From: an uncultured Planctomycetota bacterium
Lineage (GTDB): Bacteria; Planctomycetota; Brocadiia; JAADGH01; CAYPFP01
Direction: 5' to 3'
Assembly: GCA_964409935.1 (NCBI GenBank)
Contig: CAYPFP010000003.1
Span: forward strand, 64,230-128,229
Length of the DNA: 64,000 bases
This document shows positions 18,138-28,600 of this stretch, piece by piece. The position numbers and the translations under genes are program-made. How positions within the stretch are numbered: the stretch's first letter is position 1; each line of letters begins with the position of its first letter. The notes beneath the pieces are model-generated. The model saw nothing but the letters and a program-made list of their open reading frames with translations. It ran no database searches and was not told the origin of the DNA.

Positions 18138-18569
18138 ATGGAACTTATTCGCCAGGACACCGACTACGCGATGCGGGCCATGACCTGCATGGGGCGAACG
18201 GCCGACGGCGGCAAGTCGGAAGACTCGTCCCGCGTGACCGCCGAAAGCCTTAGCGAGTCGCAACAGATCCCGCTGAGCTTCTGTCACAAGATCCTGCGCA
18301 AACTTGTCAGCGCCCGGCTTGCGGTCAGCCGTCCCGGACGGGCGGGCGGCTTCCGCCTTGCGCGCCGGCCCGCCAACATACGTCTCTTGGACATCGTGCA
18401 GGCGATCCAAGGCCCCGTCGCCGTCAGCACTTGTATGATGGACCTGGATGCGTGCCCGCGTCAGGCCGGCTGCCCGGTCTCCCGCAAGTGGCGCGCCCTC
18501 CAGAAGGGCATCTTTGAGTTCCTCAAGACGACGACGCTTGCCGACGTGGTGAAAGGCGAGAAGAAATGA
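18138..18569 (+). CDS. Rrf2-family Fe-S transcriptional regulator (NsrR-like, heads an hcp/flavodiiron operon)
   Basis: MELIRQDTDYAMRAM Rrf2 HTH N-terminus; three-Cys cluster site CMMDLDACPRQAGC; SD GGAGGGAGG; stop overlaps next gene start (ATGA). Confidence 0.75.
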   Translation: MELIRQDTDYAMRAMTCMGRTADGGKSEDSSRVTAESLSESQQIPLSFCHKILRKLVSARLAVSRPGRAGGFRLARRPANIRLLDIVQAIQGPVAVSTCMMDLDACPRQAGCPVSRKWRALQKGIFEFLKTTTLADVVKGEKK

Positions 18570-19444
18570 AGACGACGCCCGACATTACGGGCCGGCCGGG
18601 GATTACCTGGGAACCTGAGGCCGTTGAACTGATTAATCGTGTCCCCTTCTTCGTGCGGCCTCTGGCCCGGCGGAAGGTCGCCGACTACGCCCGCGCACGA
18701 GGCGAGAGCCGGATCACCGTTGCCCTCGTCAACGCCGCCCGAGCGCAGTTCGTCAAGGACTCTGAGCCGGCGGCTCAGAAGCCTTCGGAAGACCCCGCCG
18801 ATTTCTGGCGGCTGGAGGTCTGCCGCGGGGAGGAGGCCGGTTGTCCGTTCGCCATCACTTCCCTGAAAGAGCTTCGCAATGCCCTGGAGAAGATCCTTGC
18901 TGCATCGGAGTGGGGCGCGTTCCTGGAGCGAACCGTCACAGGGCCGATCCTGCATCATCACTGCCTGAGGGTTGCGGCATGCGCGTGCCCCAATGCGTGT
19001 TCACAACCGCAGATCAAGGACATCGGGCTCATCGCGGCCCTGCGGCCGACGGCGGTCTCGCAGGCCTGTACGGGCTGCGGCCGGTGCGTCGAGGCCTGCC
19101 GGGAAGGCGCCGTGGAAGTCCGTCAGAATCGCGCCGTTCTGCATCCGGAGCGCTGCGTGGCGTGCGGTCTGTGTGTCCGCCACTGTCCGGCCAAAGCGCT
19201 TGAGACGGACGGGCTGCGCCTCAGATTTCTAGTGGGCGGCAAGCTCGGCCGACACCCCCGCTTTGCCTCGGAACTGGCACCCCATTTGCACATGGAATGC
19301 ACCGCTCCCGCCGTGGAGTCCGTCGTGGCCTTCATCAAGGCCCGGCTGCGCCCCGGCGAGCGCGTCGGCGACATGGTGGAACGCCTGGGAAAAGATGAGA
19401 TCGCGGCGCACGTCCGAACAAAACTTTGCGCCGTCGGCGCATGA
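18566..19444 (+). CDS. Fe-S protein: PCP-reductase-like N-domain + 2x[4Fe-4S] ferredoxin + nitrite/sulfite-reductase ferredoxin-like half-domain (putative electron donor for Hcp/FDP)
   Basis: VPFFVRPLARRKVADYARARGESRITVAL resembles PF08369-type domain (from memory); ferredoxin motifs CTGCGRCVEAC and CVACGLCVRHCP; translationally coupled to Rrf2 gene. Confidence 0.5.
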   Translation: MKTTPDITGRPGITWEPEAVELINRVPFFVRPLARRKVADYARARGESRITVALVNAARAQFVKDSEPAAQKPSEDPADFWRLEVCRGEEAGCPFAITSLKELRNALEKILAASEWGAFLERTVTGPILHHHCLRVAACACPNACSQPQIKDIGLIAALRPTAVSQACTGCGRCVEACREGAVEVRQNRAVLHPERCVACGLCVRHCPAKALETDGLRLRFLVGGKLGRHPRFASELAPHLHMECTAPAVESVVAFIKARLRPGERVGDMVERLGKDEIAAHVRTKLCAVGA

Positions 19445-19457
19445 AACGGAGGAACGG

Positions 19458-20648
19458 ATGAACATCGAACTGGCCAAGGGCGTGTACTGGGTCGGCGTCG
19501 TGGACTGGGAACTGCGGCACTTCCACGGCCACGAACTTTCCACCCATCGCGGAAGCGCGTACAATTCCTATCTTATCGTTGACAAGGAGGTCGTGCTGGT
19601 GGACACGGTCTGGGGGCCGTTTCAGGACCAGCTCATCGAGAACATCCGGGAGATCATTGACCCGGCGAAGATCACGATCGTCGTCGCCAACCATTCCGAG
19701 GTGGATCACTCCGGCGCGCTGCCGGCCGTGATGCGCCTGGCCCCCAATGCCTCCGTGGTCGTCTCCAAGAACGGCATGGAAAGCGTCCCCGGCCATTTCC
19801 ACCAGCCCTGGAAGTTCCGGGCCGTCAAGACAGGCGACCGCATCCCCCTCGGCCAAAACGAGTTGATCTTCGTCGAGGCCCCGATGCTCCACTGGCCTGA
19901 CAGCATGTTCACGTATCTGACCGGCCACAACATCCTGATGCCCAACGACGCCTTCGGCCAACACTATGCGACGGCGTACCGATTCAACGACCAGGTCAAC
20001 CAGGAGGAACTCTACGAGGAGGCCGTCAAGTATTACGCCAACATCGTTGCGCCGTACAGCCGCCTGGTGACGAAGAAGATTGAGGAGGTTCTGGCGCTGA
20101 ACCTTCCCATCTCCATGATCGCGCCGAGCCACGGCGTTATCTGGCGCAAAGACCCCGTCCAGATCGTGAAGAAGTACCTTGAGTACGCCGCCCAGAAGCC
20201 GCAGCCGACCGCCGTCGTCGTCTACGACACGATGTGGAACGGCACGCGGCGCATGGCCGAGGCCCTCAGCGAGGGCCTGGCCGAGCGGGGCGTGGACCAC
20301 AAGGTCTTCCACATGGCCGTGTCCGACCGCAACGACGTGCTCACGGAGATATTCAAGGCCAGGGCGGTCGTGTTGGGGTCGCCCACGCTGAACAACGGTC
20401 TTCTGCCGAGCATCATGCCCCTCATCGAGGAGTTGCGCGGGCTGAAGTTCCAGAACAAGATCGGCGCCGCCTTCGGTTCTTACGGATGGAGCGGCGAAAG
20501 CGTTCAGATCATTGAGGAGCACCTCGGCAAGGCCAAGATACCGATCGTCCGCCCCGGCGTGAAGTGCAAGTGGCAGCCGACCGCCGACGACCTGGCCGCG
20601 TGCCGCCAGTTGGGCCGCGACGTGGCCGCCGCGGTGAAAACCGGTTGA
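19458..20648 (+). CDS. flavodiiron protein (FprA/NorV-type NO/O2 reductase lacking rubredoxin domain)
   Basis: ATG 19458 with GGAGGA SD; MNIELAKGVYWVGVVDWELRHFHG..., metallo-beta-lactamase-like diiron domain (HSEVDHSGAL) + flavodoxin-like domain (GSPTLNNG, SYGWSG); close to E. coli NorV core. Confidence 0.8.
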   Translation: MNIELAKGVYWVGVVDWELRHFHGHELSTHRGSAYNSYLIVDKEVVLVDTVWGPFQDQLIENIREIIDPAKITIVVANHSEVDHSGALPAVMRLAPNASVVVSKNGMESVPGHFHQPWKFRAVKTGDRIPLGQNELIFVEAPMLHWPDSMFTYLTGHNILMPNDAFGQHYATAYRFNDQVNQEELYEEAVKYYANIVAPYSRLVTKKIEEVLALNLPISMIAPSHGVIWRKDPVQIVKKYLEYAAQKPQPTAVVVYDTMWNGTRRMAEALSEGLAERGVDHKVFHMAVSDRNDVLTEIFKARAVVLGSPTLNNGLLPSIMPLIEELRGLKFQNKIGAAFGSYGWSGESVQIIEEHLGKAKIPIVRPGVKCKWQPTADDLAACRQLGRDVAAAVKTG

Positions 20649-20660
20649 CAAACGCATATG

Positions 20661-20694
20661 GGGCGCGTCGGAGACGCGCCCCTTTTGTCGCGCA
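20661..20694 (+). terminator. intrinsic terminator GGGGCGCGTC-ggag-ACGCGCCCC-TTTT after flavodiiron gene
   Basis: Perfect 9-10 bp GC stem, 4-nt loop, T-tract; 13 nt after stop. Confidence 0.6.
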
Positions 20695-20736
20695 TATTAT
20701 GGAGTGGTTAAGTCTATATTATTTGGAGGACGAGGC

Positions 20737-22029
20737 ATGAGCATGTTTTGTTATCAGTGCGAGCAGACGGCGAAAGGGACGGGTTGCACACACGTCGGCG
20801 TATGCGGCAAGAACGAGGACATCAACAGCCTGCAGGACACGTTGATCTTCGGACTCAAGGGCATGGCCGCCTACGCCTACCACGCCCGCCAACTCGGCGT
20901 TCACGACGAACAGGTGGACGCCTTCATGGAGGAGGCCCTTTTCACCACCCTCACCAACGTGAACTTCAACCTCAACGACCACGTCAAGATGGTCCTGCGC
21001 TGCGGCGAGATGAACCTGCGCGCCATGGAGATGCTCGACAAGGCCCACACGGACCGCTTCGGCCTGCCCACCCCCGTGCAGGTGACCACGGGCACCCGCG
21101 CCGGCAAGGGCATCCTCGTCACCGGCCACGACCTGCTCGACCTCCACGAGCTTCTCAAGCAGACCGAGGGCGCGGGCGTCAACGTCTACACCCACGGCGA
21201 GATGCTGCCCGCTCACGCCTATCCCGCGCTCAGGAAGTTCAAACACCTGGCCGGCAACTACGGCGGCCCCTGGCAGAAACAGAAAGAGGAGTTTGCGGCC
21301 TTCCCCGGCGCCGTCCTGGCCACGACCAACTGCATCCTGCTCCCCACCGACGCCTACAAGGATCGCCTCTTTACGTGCAGCGTCACCGGCGTCCCCGGCG
21401 CGACCCACATCGAGGGCCGCAATTTCAAGCCCCTCATTGACAAGGCCTTGTCGTTGCCGGCGCTACCCGACCGTCAGGGCAAACCGCTGCTGACCGGCTT
21501 CCACCACACCGCCGTCCTCGCGGTGGCCGACAAGGTCATCGCCGCGGTGAAGGCCGGCAAGATCCGCCACTTCTTCCTCATCGGCGGTTGCGACGGCGCT
21601 CGTCCAGGCCGCAACTACTACACCGAGTTCGCCTCCCAAGTCCCCAAGGACTGCGTCATCCTGACGCTGGCCTGCGGCAAGTACCGGTTCAACGAAATGG
21701 ACTTCGGGGCGATTGACGGCATCCCCCGCCTGCTGGACATCGGGCAGTGCAACAACGCCTACTCCGCCGTGCAGGTGGCCGTGGCGCTCTCGAAGGTGTT
21801 CCAGTGCGGCGTGAACGACCTGCCCCTCTCGCTCGTGCTGTCCTGGTTCGAGCAGAAGGCCGTGGCGATCCTGCTGTCGCTCCTGCATCTGGGGATCAAG
21901 AACATCCGCGTCGGTCCCACGCCGCCGGCCTTCATCACCCCCAACGTGCTCAAGGTCCTGCAGGACAACTTCGACCTGAAACTCATCTCAACGCCCCAAC
22001 AGGACCTGGCCGCCATTCTGAAAAAGTAG
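20737..22029 (+). CDS. hcp: hybrid cluster protein (hydroxylamine reductase), short class (~430 aa)
   Basis: ATG 20737 with GGAGGA SD; hallmark N-terminus MSMFCYQCEQTAKGTGCTHVGVCGK; AT-rich region with ATATTAT direct repeat upstream. Confidence 0.85.
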   Translation: MSMFCYQCEQTAKGTGCTHVGVCGKNEDINSLQDTLIFGLKGMAAYAYHARQLGVHDEQVDAFMEEALFTTLTNVNFNLNDHVKMVLRCGEMNLRAMEMLDKAHTDRFGLPTPVQVTTGTRAGKGILVTGHDLLDLHELLKQTEGAGVNVYTHGEMLPAHAYPALRKFKHLAGNYGGPWQKQKEEFAAFPGAVLATTNCILLPTDAYKDRLFTCSVTGVPGATHIEGRNFKPLIDKALSLPALPDRQGKPLLTGFHHTAVLAVADKVIAAVKAGKIRHFFLIGGCDGARPGRNYYTEFASQVPKDCVILTLACGKYRFNEMDFGAIDGIPRLLDIGQCNNAYSAVQVAVALSKVFQCGVNDLPLSLVLSWFEQKAVAILLSLLHLGIKNIRVGPTPPAFITPNVLKVLQDNFDLKLISTPQQDLAAILKK

Positions 22030-22042
22030 CAGGAAACAAGAA

Positions 22043-22085
22043 GGGGACGCATCTCTCCCCGGAACAGGGAGTTGCGTCCCCTTTT
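22043..22085. terminator. bidirectional intrinsic terminator between convergent hcp and FGE-like genes
   Basis: GGGGACGC-atCTCCCcggaacaGGGAGtt-GCGTCCCC followed by TTTT on plus strand and T-rich run on minus strand. Confidence 0.55.
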
Positions 22086-22121
22086 GCCTTCGACGGCCCA
22101 GGCGGCAACGGCCACCAGCCG

Positions 22122-22967
22122 CTACGGATCCATCGCGCACCTGAACCCCAGATCCTCCGCCTTGTAGTCCAACGGCGCCTGCATGTCGAAATGGACCAGG
22201 GCGTTGATCCGGCCGACCGATTTGTAGCTGCCGCCCTTGATGATTACGAGCGTCGCCGCCTCTCCCGCGACGCCGGCGTCCGTCGTGAACTCCCAGACGT
22301 TGCCGGCCATATCCAGGAGGCCGTAGGGGCTGGCGCCCTGGGGGAACGTGCCGACCGTCATGGCGTAGTCGCCGTCCGACTCGCCGGTGTTGCACTTCTT
22401 CGAATCGAAATCCTGCCCCCACGGATAGAGCCGGTAGTCGTCCCCGCGCGCGGCCCGCTCCCACTCGATGACGGTGGGCAGACGGACCCCCGCCCATTCG
22501 CAGTAGGCGCGAGCATCCGCCTGAGTCAGGTTGACGACGGGGCGTTCCGCGCCGCCCGCCGGGTAGTTGCCTCCTGCCCATCCTTCCGGCGCCGCATGCC
22601 CGGCGGCGTCAACGAACTTCTTATACTCCCGGTTCGTGACCTCCTTGGTATCCATGTAAAACGCGGGCACAACGACCTGGCCGAAGACCTTGGCCGTGAG
22701 GGTGGCAAGGTTCCTGGCCGGGGGCAGATTGAGCTGGCCGAGCAGATGCACCATGTCCGACCGTCTTGCCCCGATGTAGACCTTGCCCGCCGGGATGAAC
22801 ACCATCCCCCGGCTCGCCGCCTTCGCTTGCGCCGGAGAAGGCCCGCGCGTCTGCGGTTCCGCGGCCCGCAGTGGGCCGACGAAAAAGGCCAGCGCGCAAC
22901 ACGCAGCGACCGCCAGTGACGCCTTCTGTCTCATGTCTCGATCATCCCGTCCCACGGCCAATAGCAT
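22122..22967 (-). CDS. formylglycine-generating enzyme (FGE/SUMF1) family protein, secreted
   Basis: FGE-sulfatase domain motifs (RGGSYKS-like KGGSYKSVG, MAGNVWEFT); start ATG overlaps upstream stop as TGATG (alternative start M at 22934 before signal peptide ASLAVAACCALAFFVG). Confidence 0.65.
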   Translation of the reverse strand: MLLAVGRDDRDMRQKASLAVAACCALAFFVGPLRAAEPQTRGPSPAQAKAASRGMVFIPAGKVYIGARRSDMVHLLGQLNLPPARNLATLTAKVFGQVVVPAFYMDTKEVTNREYKKFVDAAGHAAPEGWAGGNYPAGGAERPVVNLTQADARAYCEWAGVRLPTVIEWERAARGDDYRLYPWGQDFDSKKCNTGESDGDYAMTVGTFPQGASPYGLLDMAGNVWEFTTDAGVAGEAATLVIIKGGSYKSVGRINALVHFDMQAPLDYKAEDLGFRCAMDP

Positions 22968-23821
22968 CACCGCTGAATAGTTCCGCCTTCGCCACCGCCT
23001 CCCCCGAAGACGGGATTAAGTCCTTCCGCCAAGGGCTCCCAGTTGCAGTCGTACTTCTTGGCGCGGGCGACCTCCCGCGCCTTTCTATACGTGTCGAAAC
23101 CGCTCGGCCGGACCACGAAGAAGATGAATGTATCGGCAGGTTTCTTCTCTCGAAGCATTTTGGCGAACTCGGAGCCTGGCGTGACCATTGACCCCGCGTC
23201 AGTGTACTCCCATACAACATAGATGCCGGCGCCCATCCGGAACGCTGATTTCACAGTCCCCACACGGTCCTTCTCGCAGAGCACGGGCCAGCCCCCCTTT
23301 TTCGTCGCCGTCGCCACGGGGGCGTTGAATTTGATCTCCACCTCCGCTTTCTTGACCGGCTCTATCTGGGCCATCTTGCGCTGGAGGTCCTCGGCCTCGG
23401 AGGTCAGCTCGGCGACCTCGCCCTCTGTCTGGGCCTTGCGCGCCGCCAGGTTCTGCGCCTCGCTTTGAAGTTTGGATACGGCGGCCTTGCCCTCCTCGAA
23501 TTTCCACTGGGCCTCCGCCGCCTTCTTCCTTTCCAGCGCAAGCTGCTGCTCGGCCGTGGCCGCGTCTCTTTCCGTCTGCGCCTGCTCCGCCTGCACTCGC
23601 CCCGTGTGCGCCTGAACCTCCCTGAGGCGGCGCCCAAGCTCCTCGGACTTCGCCTCGATCTCCTTCGTTTCCGCCACTACCCGCTCGCACTCCAGGAGAC
23701 CGCTGTTGTTGAGCAGCACCATCAACAGCACGAACACCAGCGCGCCGATCGTGTTGGCCAGAATGTCAAGGAAGGAGAAGTTGAAGATGCTGACTTCTTT
23801 CCTTCGACCGCCCAAGCTCAT
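22967..23821 (-). CDS. ExbD/TolR-like single-pass membrane protein with ~130-aa coiled coil and novel C-terminal domain
   Basis: N-terminus RKEVSIFNFSFLDILANTIGALVFVLLMVLL resembles ExbD TM signature; long EAQ-rich coiled coil; C-terminal domain FFVVRPSGFDTYRKAREVARAKKYDCNWEPL paralogous to next gene; GGAAGG SD. Confidence 0.5.
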   Translation of the reverse strand: MSLGGRRKEVSIFNFSFLDILANTIGALVFVLLMVLLNNSGLLECERVVAETKEIEAKSEELGRRLREVQAHTGRVQAEQAQTERDAATAEQQLALERKKAAEAQWKFEEGKAAVSKLQSEAQNLAARKAQTEGEVAELTSEAEDLQRKMAQIEPVKKAEVEIKFNAPVATATKKGGWPVLCEKDRVGTVKSAFRMGAGIYVVWEYTDAGSMVTPGSEFAKMLREKKPADTFIFFVVRPSGFDTYRKAREVARAKKYDCNWEPLAEGLNPVFGGGGGEGGTIQR

Positions 23822-23843
23822 ACACGCGCCTTCCGAGCCTCGC

Positions 23844-24638
23844 TCACTTGAAACTGATCTCCCAATCCGCGTTCACCGGCTCCCATCCCATCGTGACCTG
23901 AAGCGCCTTCGCCAGTTCGCGGGCCTTCTCGAAGGCATCGAGGCCGTCCGGGCGAACCAGGAAAACGACATATTCCTTCGTCCGTGAATTCTTGATTCGA
24001 ACCAGCATCTGGCGGAAAGCGGACTCCTGCGTGGCGAGGGACTTCTGCGGCGTCTCTTCCTTGGTCCGCTTGCCGGGGGAACCGTGGTTGATGACGCCGC
24101 TGGCCGCGCACTCGACGACGTTCGGGATCAGCTTTTTCTCCTCGAAATCCATCTTTAATATCTTCCCGCTGGATTCGTCCTTTCCGCGTTGCGACAGTTG
24201 CCCTTTGAGGACTTCTACCCTCCCCGCCGCCTTGTCCTTCTCCTCCTGCTGTTGCGCCTGCTCGGTTTCCAGCTTCTCGATACCGGCACGCGCCTGGGCC
24301 GTCTGTTCCTGCTGCTCCTTGATTTGCGCTTCCGCTCTTTGGGTCTGATCTCGGGCGCTCTGAACCAGCTCGGCGGCGGGGTTTTTCCGCTTCGTGTCGG
24401 CCAGGTTCTTCTCGGCCTGGGCCGCCTCTCCGGAGGCCTTCTCGACGGCGGTCTCCACACTGCTTTTGCGCGCTTTGGCCTCCTCAAACGCCTGTTTCGC
24501 CTGGAGCAGCCCCCGCGTGTCCGCCGTCGTGCACACCACCATGACCACGATGAAGATCAACGCCCCGACGGTGCACGCAAGAATGTCGAGGAAGGAGAAG
24601 CTGAATATCTCTATCTCGCGCGATCGTCGTCCGGCCAT
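23844..24638 (-). CDS. ExbD/TolR-like coiled-coil membrane protein (paralog of 22967..23821)
   Basis: N-terminus SREIEIFSFSFLDILACTVGALIFIVVMVV; coiled coil; C-terminal FLVRPDGLDAFEKARELAKALQVTMGWEPV; GAGGAG SD. Confidence 0.5.
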   Translation of the reverse strand: MAGRRSREIEIFSFSFLDILACTVGALIFIVVMVVCTTADTRGLLQAKQAFEEAKARKSSVETAVEKASGEAAQAEKNLADTKRKNPAAELVQSARDQTQRAEAQIKEQQEQTAQARAGIEKLETEQAQQQEEKDKAAGRVEVLKGQLSQRGKDESSGKILKMDFEEKKLIPNVVECAASGVINHGSPGKRTKEETPQKSLATQESAFRQMLVRIKNSRTKEYVVFLVRPDGLDAFEKARELAKALQVTMGWEPVNADWEISFK

Positions 24639-24710
24639 CTGTGCCGCTCCTCGGCCCGTTTCTCGGGGCCGATCGCTTGTTCATGCCGCGCCCCGCCGGG
24701 GGCGCCGTCC

Positions 24711-25631
24711 TTACGTGGCGGTCTTGTCCAGCTTCTCGGTCAACCGCTTCATGCCTTCCTCCTGAGCCGCGATAATCTTGTCAATCGCCTGGTTCATCCC
24801 GGCGTCGCCCGCCCCCGGCGCCTGCTCAAGCACCTTGTTGAGGAGGTTTTCGATGCAATAGTCCTTGATGTCTGCGAGCAGCCCCTCCTCCTGGCTCTGC
24901 AGGGCCGACATCGCGAACATCATGATCACGCTCATGACGAGGGACACCAGCGTGGTCTCGAAGGCGACGGCCAGGTTACGAGTCACGTCGTTCAGGGCCT
25001 CCTTCAGCTTGGCCATGTCGCCGGCGTGCTGCACCACCTGGTTGAAGTTGCCGATGGCCGCGCTGATCCCCACCACCGTCCCGATAAAGCCCAACACCGG
25101 CACGGCCCAGATGAAGACCTTGACGGTGGTGTAACTGCTGTCCACGCTCTCGGCGTCCAGCGCCGCCTGTTCGCTCAGGATGTCGTCCATCTTGGTCCCC
25201 GCGCCCACGGTCTTTCTCCGCATGAGCGCCCGCCAGATGCGGTTCACCAGCATCAGCGACTTCTGGCGCCCGTCGAGCTTGTTGATCCTTCGGATGATCT
25301 CCTGCGCCTTCTCCGAAGTGATGTACTCGCTGTGCTCGACGGGGAGCAGGCTCAGTCCGAAGGCCGTCCGCTGCTCCCGCACCTTGAATAGTTTCAGGCC
25401 CAGGATGGCCAGCCCCCAGAAGGCCAGGTACATCACCTCATAGGGTATCCACCCCCGCTGGCAGAAGAGGTTGTACATGTAGCCGTCCCATGCCGTCCTG
25501 AACAGAAGCAGCGGGATCAGCACGTAGAAGAGCACCGTGGCCGCCAGCCCCAATCCCGCCGCCAGCAGCAGGTTGACCGACGTTCCCGTGCGTTGGACGG
25601 AAACCTCGTCCTTTTGTTCTTTTGTTTCCAT
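24711..25631 (-). CDS. MotA/TolQ/ExbB-family proton channel protein
   Basis: Three TM helices plus motifs VPVLGFIGTVVGISAAIGNF and AVAFETTLVSLVMSVIMMF typical of ExbB/TolQ; GGAGGAAG SD. Confidence 0.65.
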   Translation of the reverse strand: METKEQKDEVSVQRTGTSVNLLLAAGLGLAATVLFYVLIPLLLFRTAWDGYMYNLFCQRGWIPYEVMYLAFWGLAILGLKLFKVREQRTAFGLSLLPVEHSEYITSEKAQEIIRRINKLDGRQKSLMLVNRIWRALMRRKTVGAGTKMDDILSEQAALDAESVDSSYTTVKVFIWAVPVLGFIGTVVGISAAIGNFNQVVQHAGDMAKLKEALNDVTRNLAVAFETTLVSLVMSVIMMFAMSALQSQEEGLLADIKDYCIENLLNKVLEQAPGAGDAGMNQAIDKIIAAQEEGMKRLTEKLDKTAT

Positions 25632-25667
25632 GATCGTGCTTCCTCCAGACCATCAACATTCGGCGCG

Positions 25668-28600
25668 TCAGTCGGATGAGTAGACCGCCACGTCGTCAAA
25701 GGCAACCTGGATCGGGGCATCGCACACGAAAAAGCCCACCGCCCCCTCCGAGAACGATTTGTCCGTCAGCGTCGCCACCTCGTAGTTGTTGATCATGAAC
25801 TTCATGGCGGGGCCGTAACAGACGACCTCGAGCGTGTTCTCCTGCCGCAGACCTCTGCGGAGATGTTTGGTCGCGGTCTCTTTGACAAGCTCGAACACAA
25901 CGCCGCCCTTCGTGCCGAATATCTTGCACGCCCCGGCTGAAGAGATGAGGAAGTAGTAGGCGCTCAAGGTCTGGCGCGTGGCCCGGAAGCATAGTCCGTA
26001 ATAGCCCGCGCTCGACCCGCTTGTCTGTTGCGCGTCGGCGCGAAAGGCGAAATCCTTGAAGGTCTTGTCGGGATAGAAGGCCCAGTCCTGTCCTCGAACC
26101 ACTTCCACAATATACTTGCCGCTTCGGACTTCTACGCGCAGCAGATCGTCGTTTCGCTGGGTCCAACCGGCGGCGCGCCCGCTGAAATCTTCGCGCAGCG
26201 CGAGCGTTCGCGGCCTGGGGACGGACATCTTCTTGGAGGGCTGCTTCTCCGGGGCTGCCGGCGTCGTCGTCGCTGCCTTGGTGGTCTTCTCCGGCGCGGG
26301 GGTGGCGGGCGCAGGCGGGGCGGGCGCGGGCGGGGTTTCGGCCTTCTTCGGCTCCGGCTTCTCGGCCTCTGGCGGAGGCTGCTTCGCGGCGGGCGGCTTC
26401 AGGCTGTATACCGCCACGGCGTCCACGGCTATCTCCAGCGGCAGCTTGAAGGCCCAGAAGCCGATGTTCCCGCTATCGGAGGAGGCGTCCGAAATCTCCT
26501 TGATGAACACGCCGTTGACGTACAGCCGCAGACGATCGCCCTGACACCGCGCTTCGAGAACGTTGTAGACGTCCGGCCCCGTCTTGACGGCCGCCGACTT
26601 CGTTGTCTCGGCCAGCACCTTGGTCTCTCCGCCGAAGGCCTTGATCACCGCGTAGGTGCCGGCGACGTCCTCGCCTTCGGTGGCGATGAGGAAGCGGTAT
26701 CCTTCGCCCTCGGCATCTCCCCGGAGCAGCAGCCCGAAATAGGCCGCCTTCATGTCGCTCACGCACCGCACGCGCGCCAGCATCACGAAATCGTCGAACT
26801 CCTTCTGCGCCAGACCGCAATAGCCGGGCATCCGCTGCAGGATGTGGTACTCGCCTTCCTGGATCATGGCCTTCATCTCTTCGGTGTCCTGCAGGGGCCA
26901 CTCCGTCTTTCCCGAATCGAAGGTTTCGTCCAGCAGGGCCTCGCCGATCACCGCCCGGCTCTCGCCGGACATGCACTCGATCAGGGGAGGCTGCTTGCTC
27001 TGGGAGGGCTTGCTTTCCGCCCGCTCCCTGTCCGGCCTGGCGGCGGCCCTCGGGGGCGGCGCTTTCGGCGACGGTGGGGCTTTCTGCGTGGCTTCGCCGC
27101 GCGCCAGCGCGACCATGGTTTGCGCCTTGCGGACGTCGTCTTCTCCGGATGTCCAGCTCAACGCCTCCGTGTAAGCGGCCGCCGCCTTATCGAACTGCGC
27201 CTCTTTGCGGTATTCGTCCCCTGTGGATAGGAAATGCGAGTACGCCGTCTCGCTCAGGGAGGCCGCCCCTTCGCGCGCCAGGTGCACCAGGTCGTTCTCC
27301 CCGAATTCGGGCGCGACTTGCGCCGCCAGGTTGTAGAGGTTTCTGGCCTCCGCGAACTGCGCATGGGCAACCATCCGCCCGGCGTCCAGAATCCGGTTTC
27401 GCGTGAGTTTCTCGTATTGGGATATCTTCGCGACCCACTGGTCGGCGGTCTCGGCTTGTTTGGCGTCGCTGCGCGCCAGGGCGGCCATCGCGACCGCCTC
27501 TTGCAGCCGTCCCTGAGTCGCGAGTTTCTTGACCTCCGCCACGAGGTCGGCCGGCGCCGGCGCGGCCCCTTCGGTTCCCGTCTTTGGCTTTCCATGTCCC
27601 CGCGCTACGAAAAAGGCGGCAGCCGCCAGCGCCGCCACGACGACGACGGCGGCCACGGCAATGGGCATGATGCGCGCGGCGGGCTTCTCGACCTTGCGCG
27701 GGTAACGTTTCTGGAGGACGTCGGCGATGATCTGCCCGACGGCTTCATCCGCGAGGCCCGTGGACCTGGCCTGGATGCGCCAATCGGCGATCCGCGCCTC
27801 GCTCGGCCGCCCCGCCGCCAGGATAGCCTCTCCCATCTTCCGCACCAGGTCCGCCTTGATCTCTCTCAAGCGCCGGTCGTAATACGCCCTCTCTTGGCGG
27901 TCGCTCAGTTGCGACTGCGCGCGCCGCACCTCCGCGACCAGTTGAGCCGCAATCGGGCCGTGCTCGGGCGAGTCCGTAAAACGCTGCAGTCTTACCAGTT
28001 GCGCCTGCGCGGCAGACCTGACCTGCTCGCTCGATGCGCTGAATTCGGGCAGGTTCAGCAACTGGTAGAAATTGGGCGGGCGGTCGGCCGACACGACCCC
28101 GATCCAGTCCCGGTACACGTCGCGTAGCAACGGTCTTTCCACCGCCGGACTTGCCGCCCGCTGCGCCGGTTTGCCTTGCAGCCGGTCCAGGACGACCTGG
28201 AGTCTTGCCGCCACGTCCCTGGCGCTGGAGAAGCGACGTTCCGGCGACTTGTGCAGCATCCGCTCCAGTATCTCCACCACGTCGTCGGGCGTCGAGGGGG
28301 CGAAGTTCCGTATGGGCATGGGATGTTTTTCGACGTGCGCGCGCATGATCTCCAGCGCGTTGCGGCCCGTCACCGGCAGGCGTCCCGCCAGCATCTCGTA
28401 GTACATCACCCCCAGCGCGTAGATGTCCGAACTCGGCGTTACCACGCGCCCTTCGCACTGTTCCGGCGACATGTACAACGGCGTGCCCAGCGGCTCGCCC
28501 GTCATTGTGACCTTGCGCCCTTCCGGAAAGTCCGAAAGGTTCTTCGACAGGCCGAAATCAGCCACCTTCACCGTCCCGTCCTTCGCCAACAGCACGTTCG

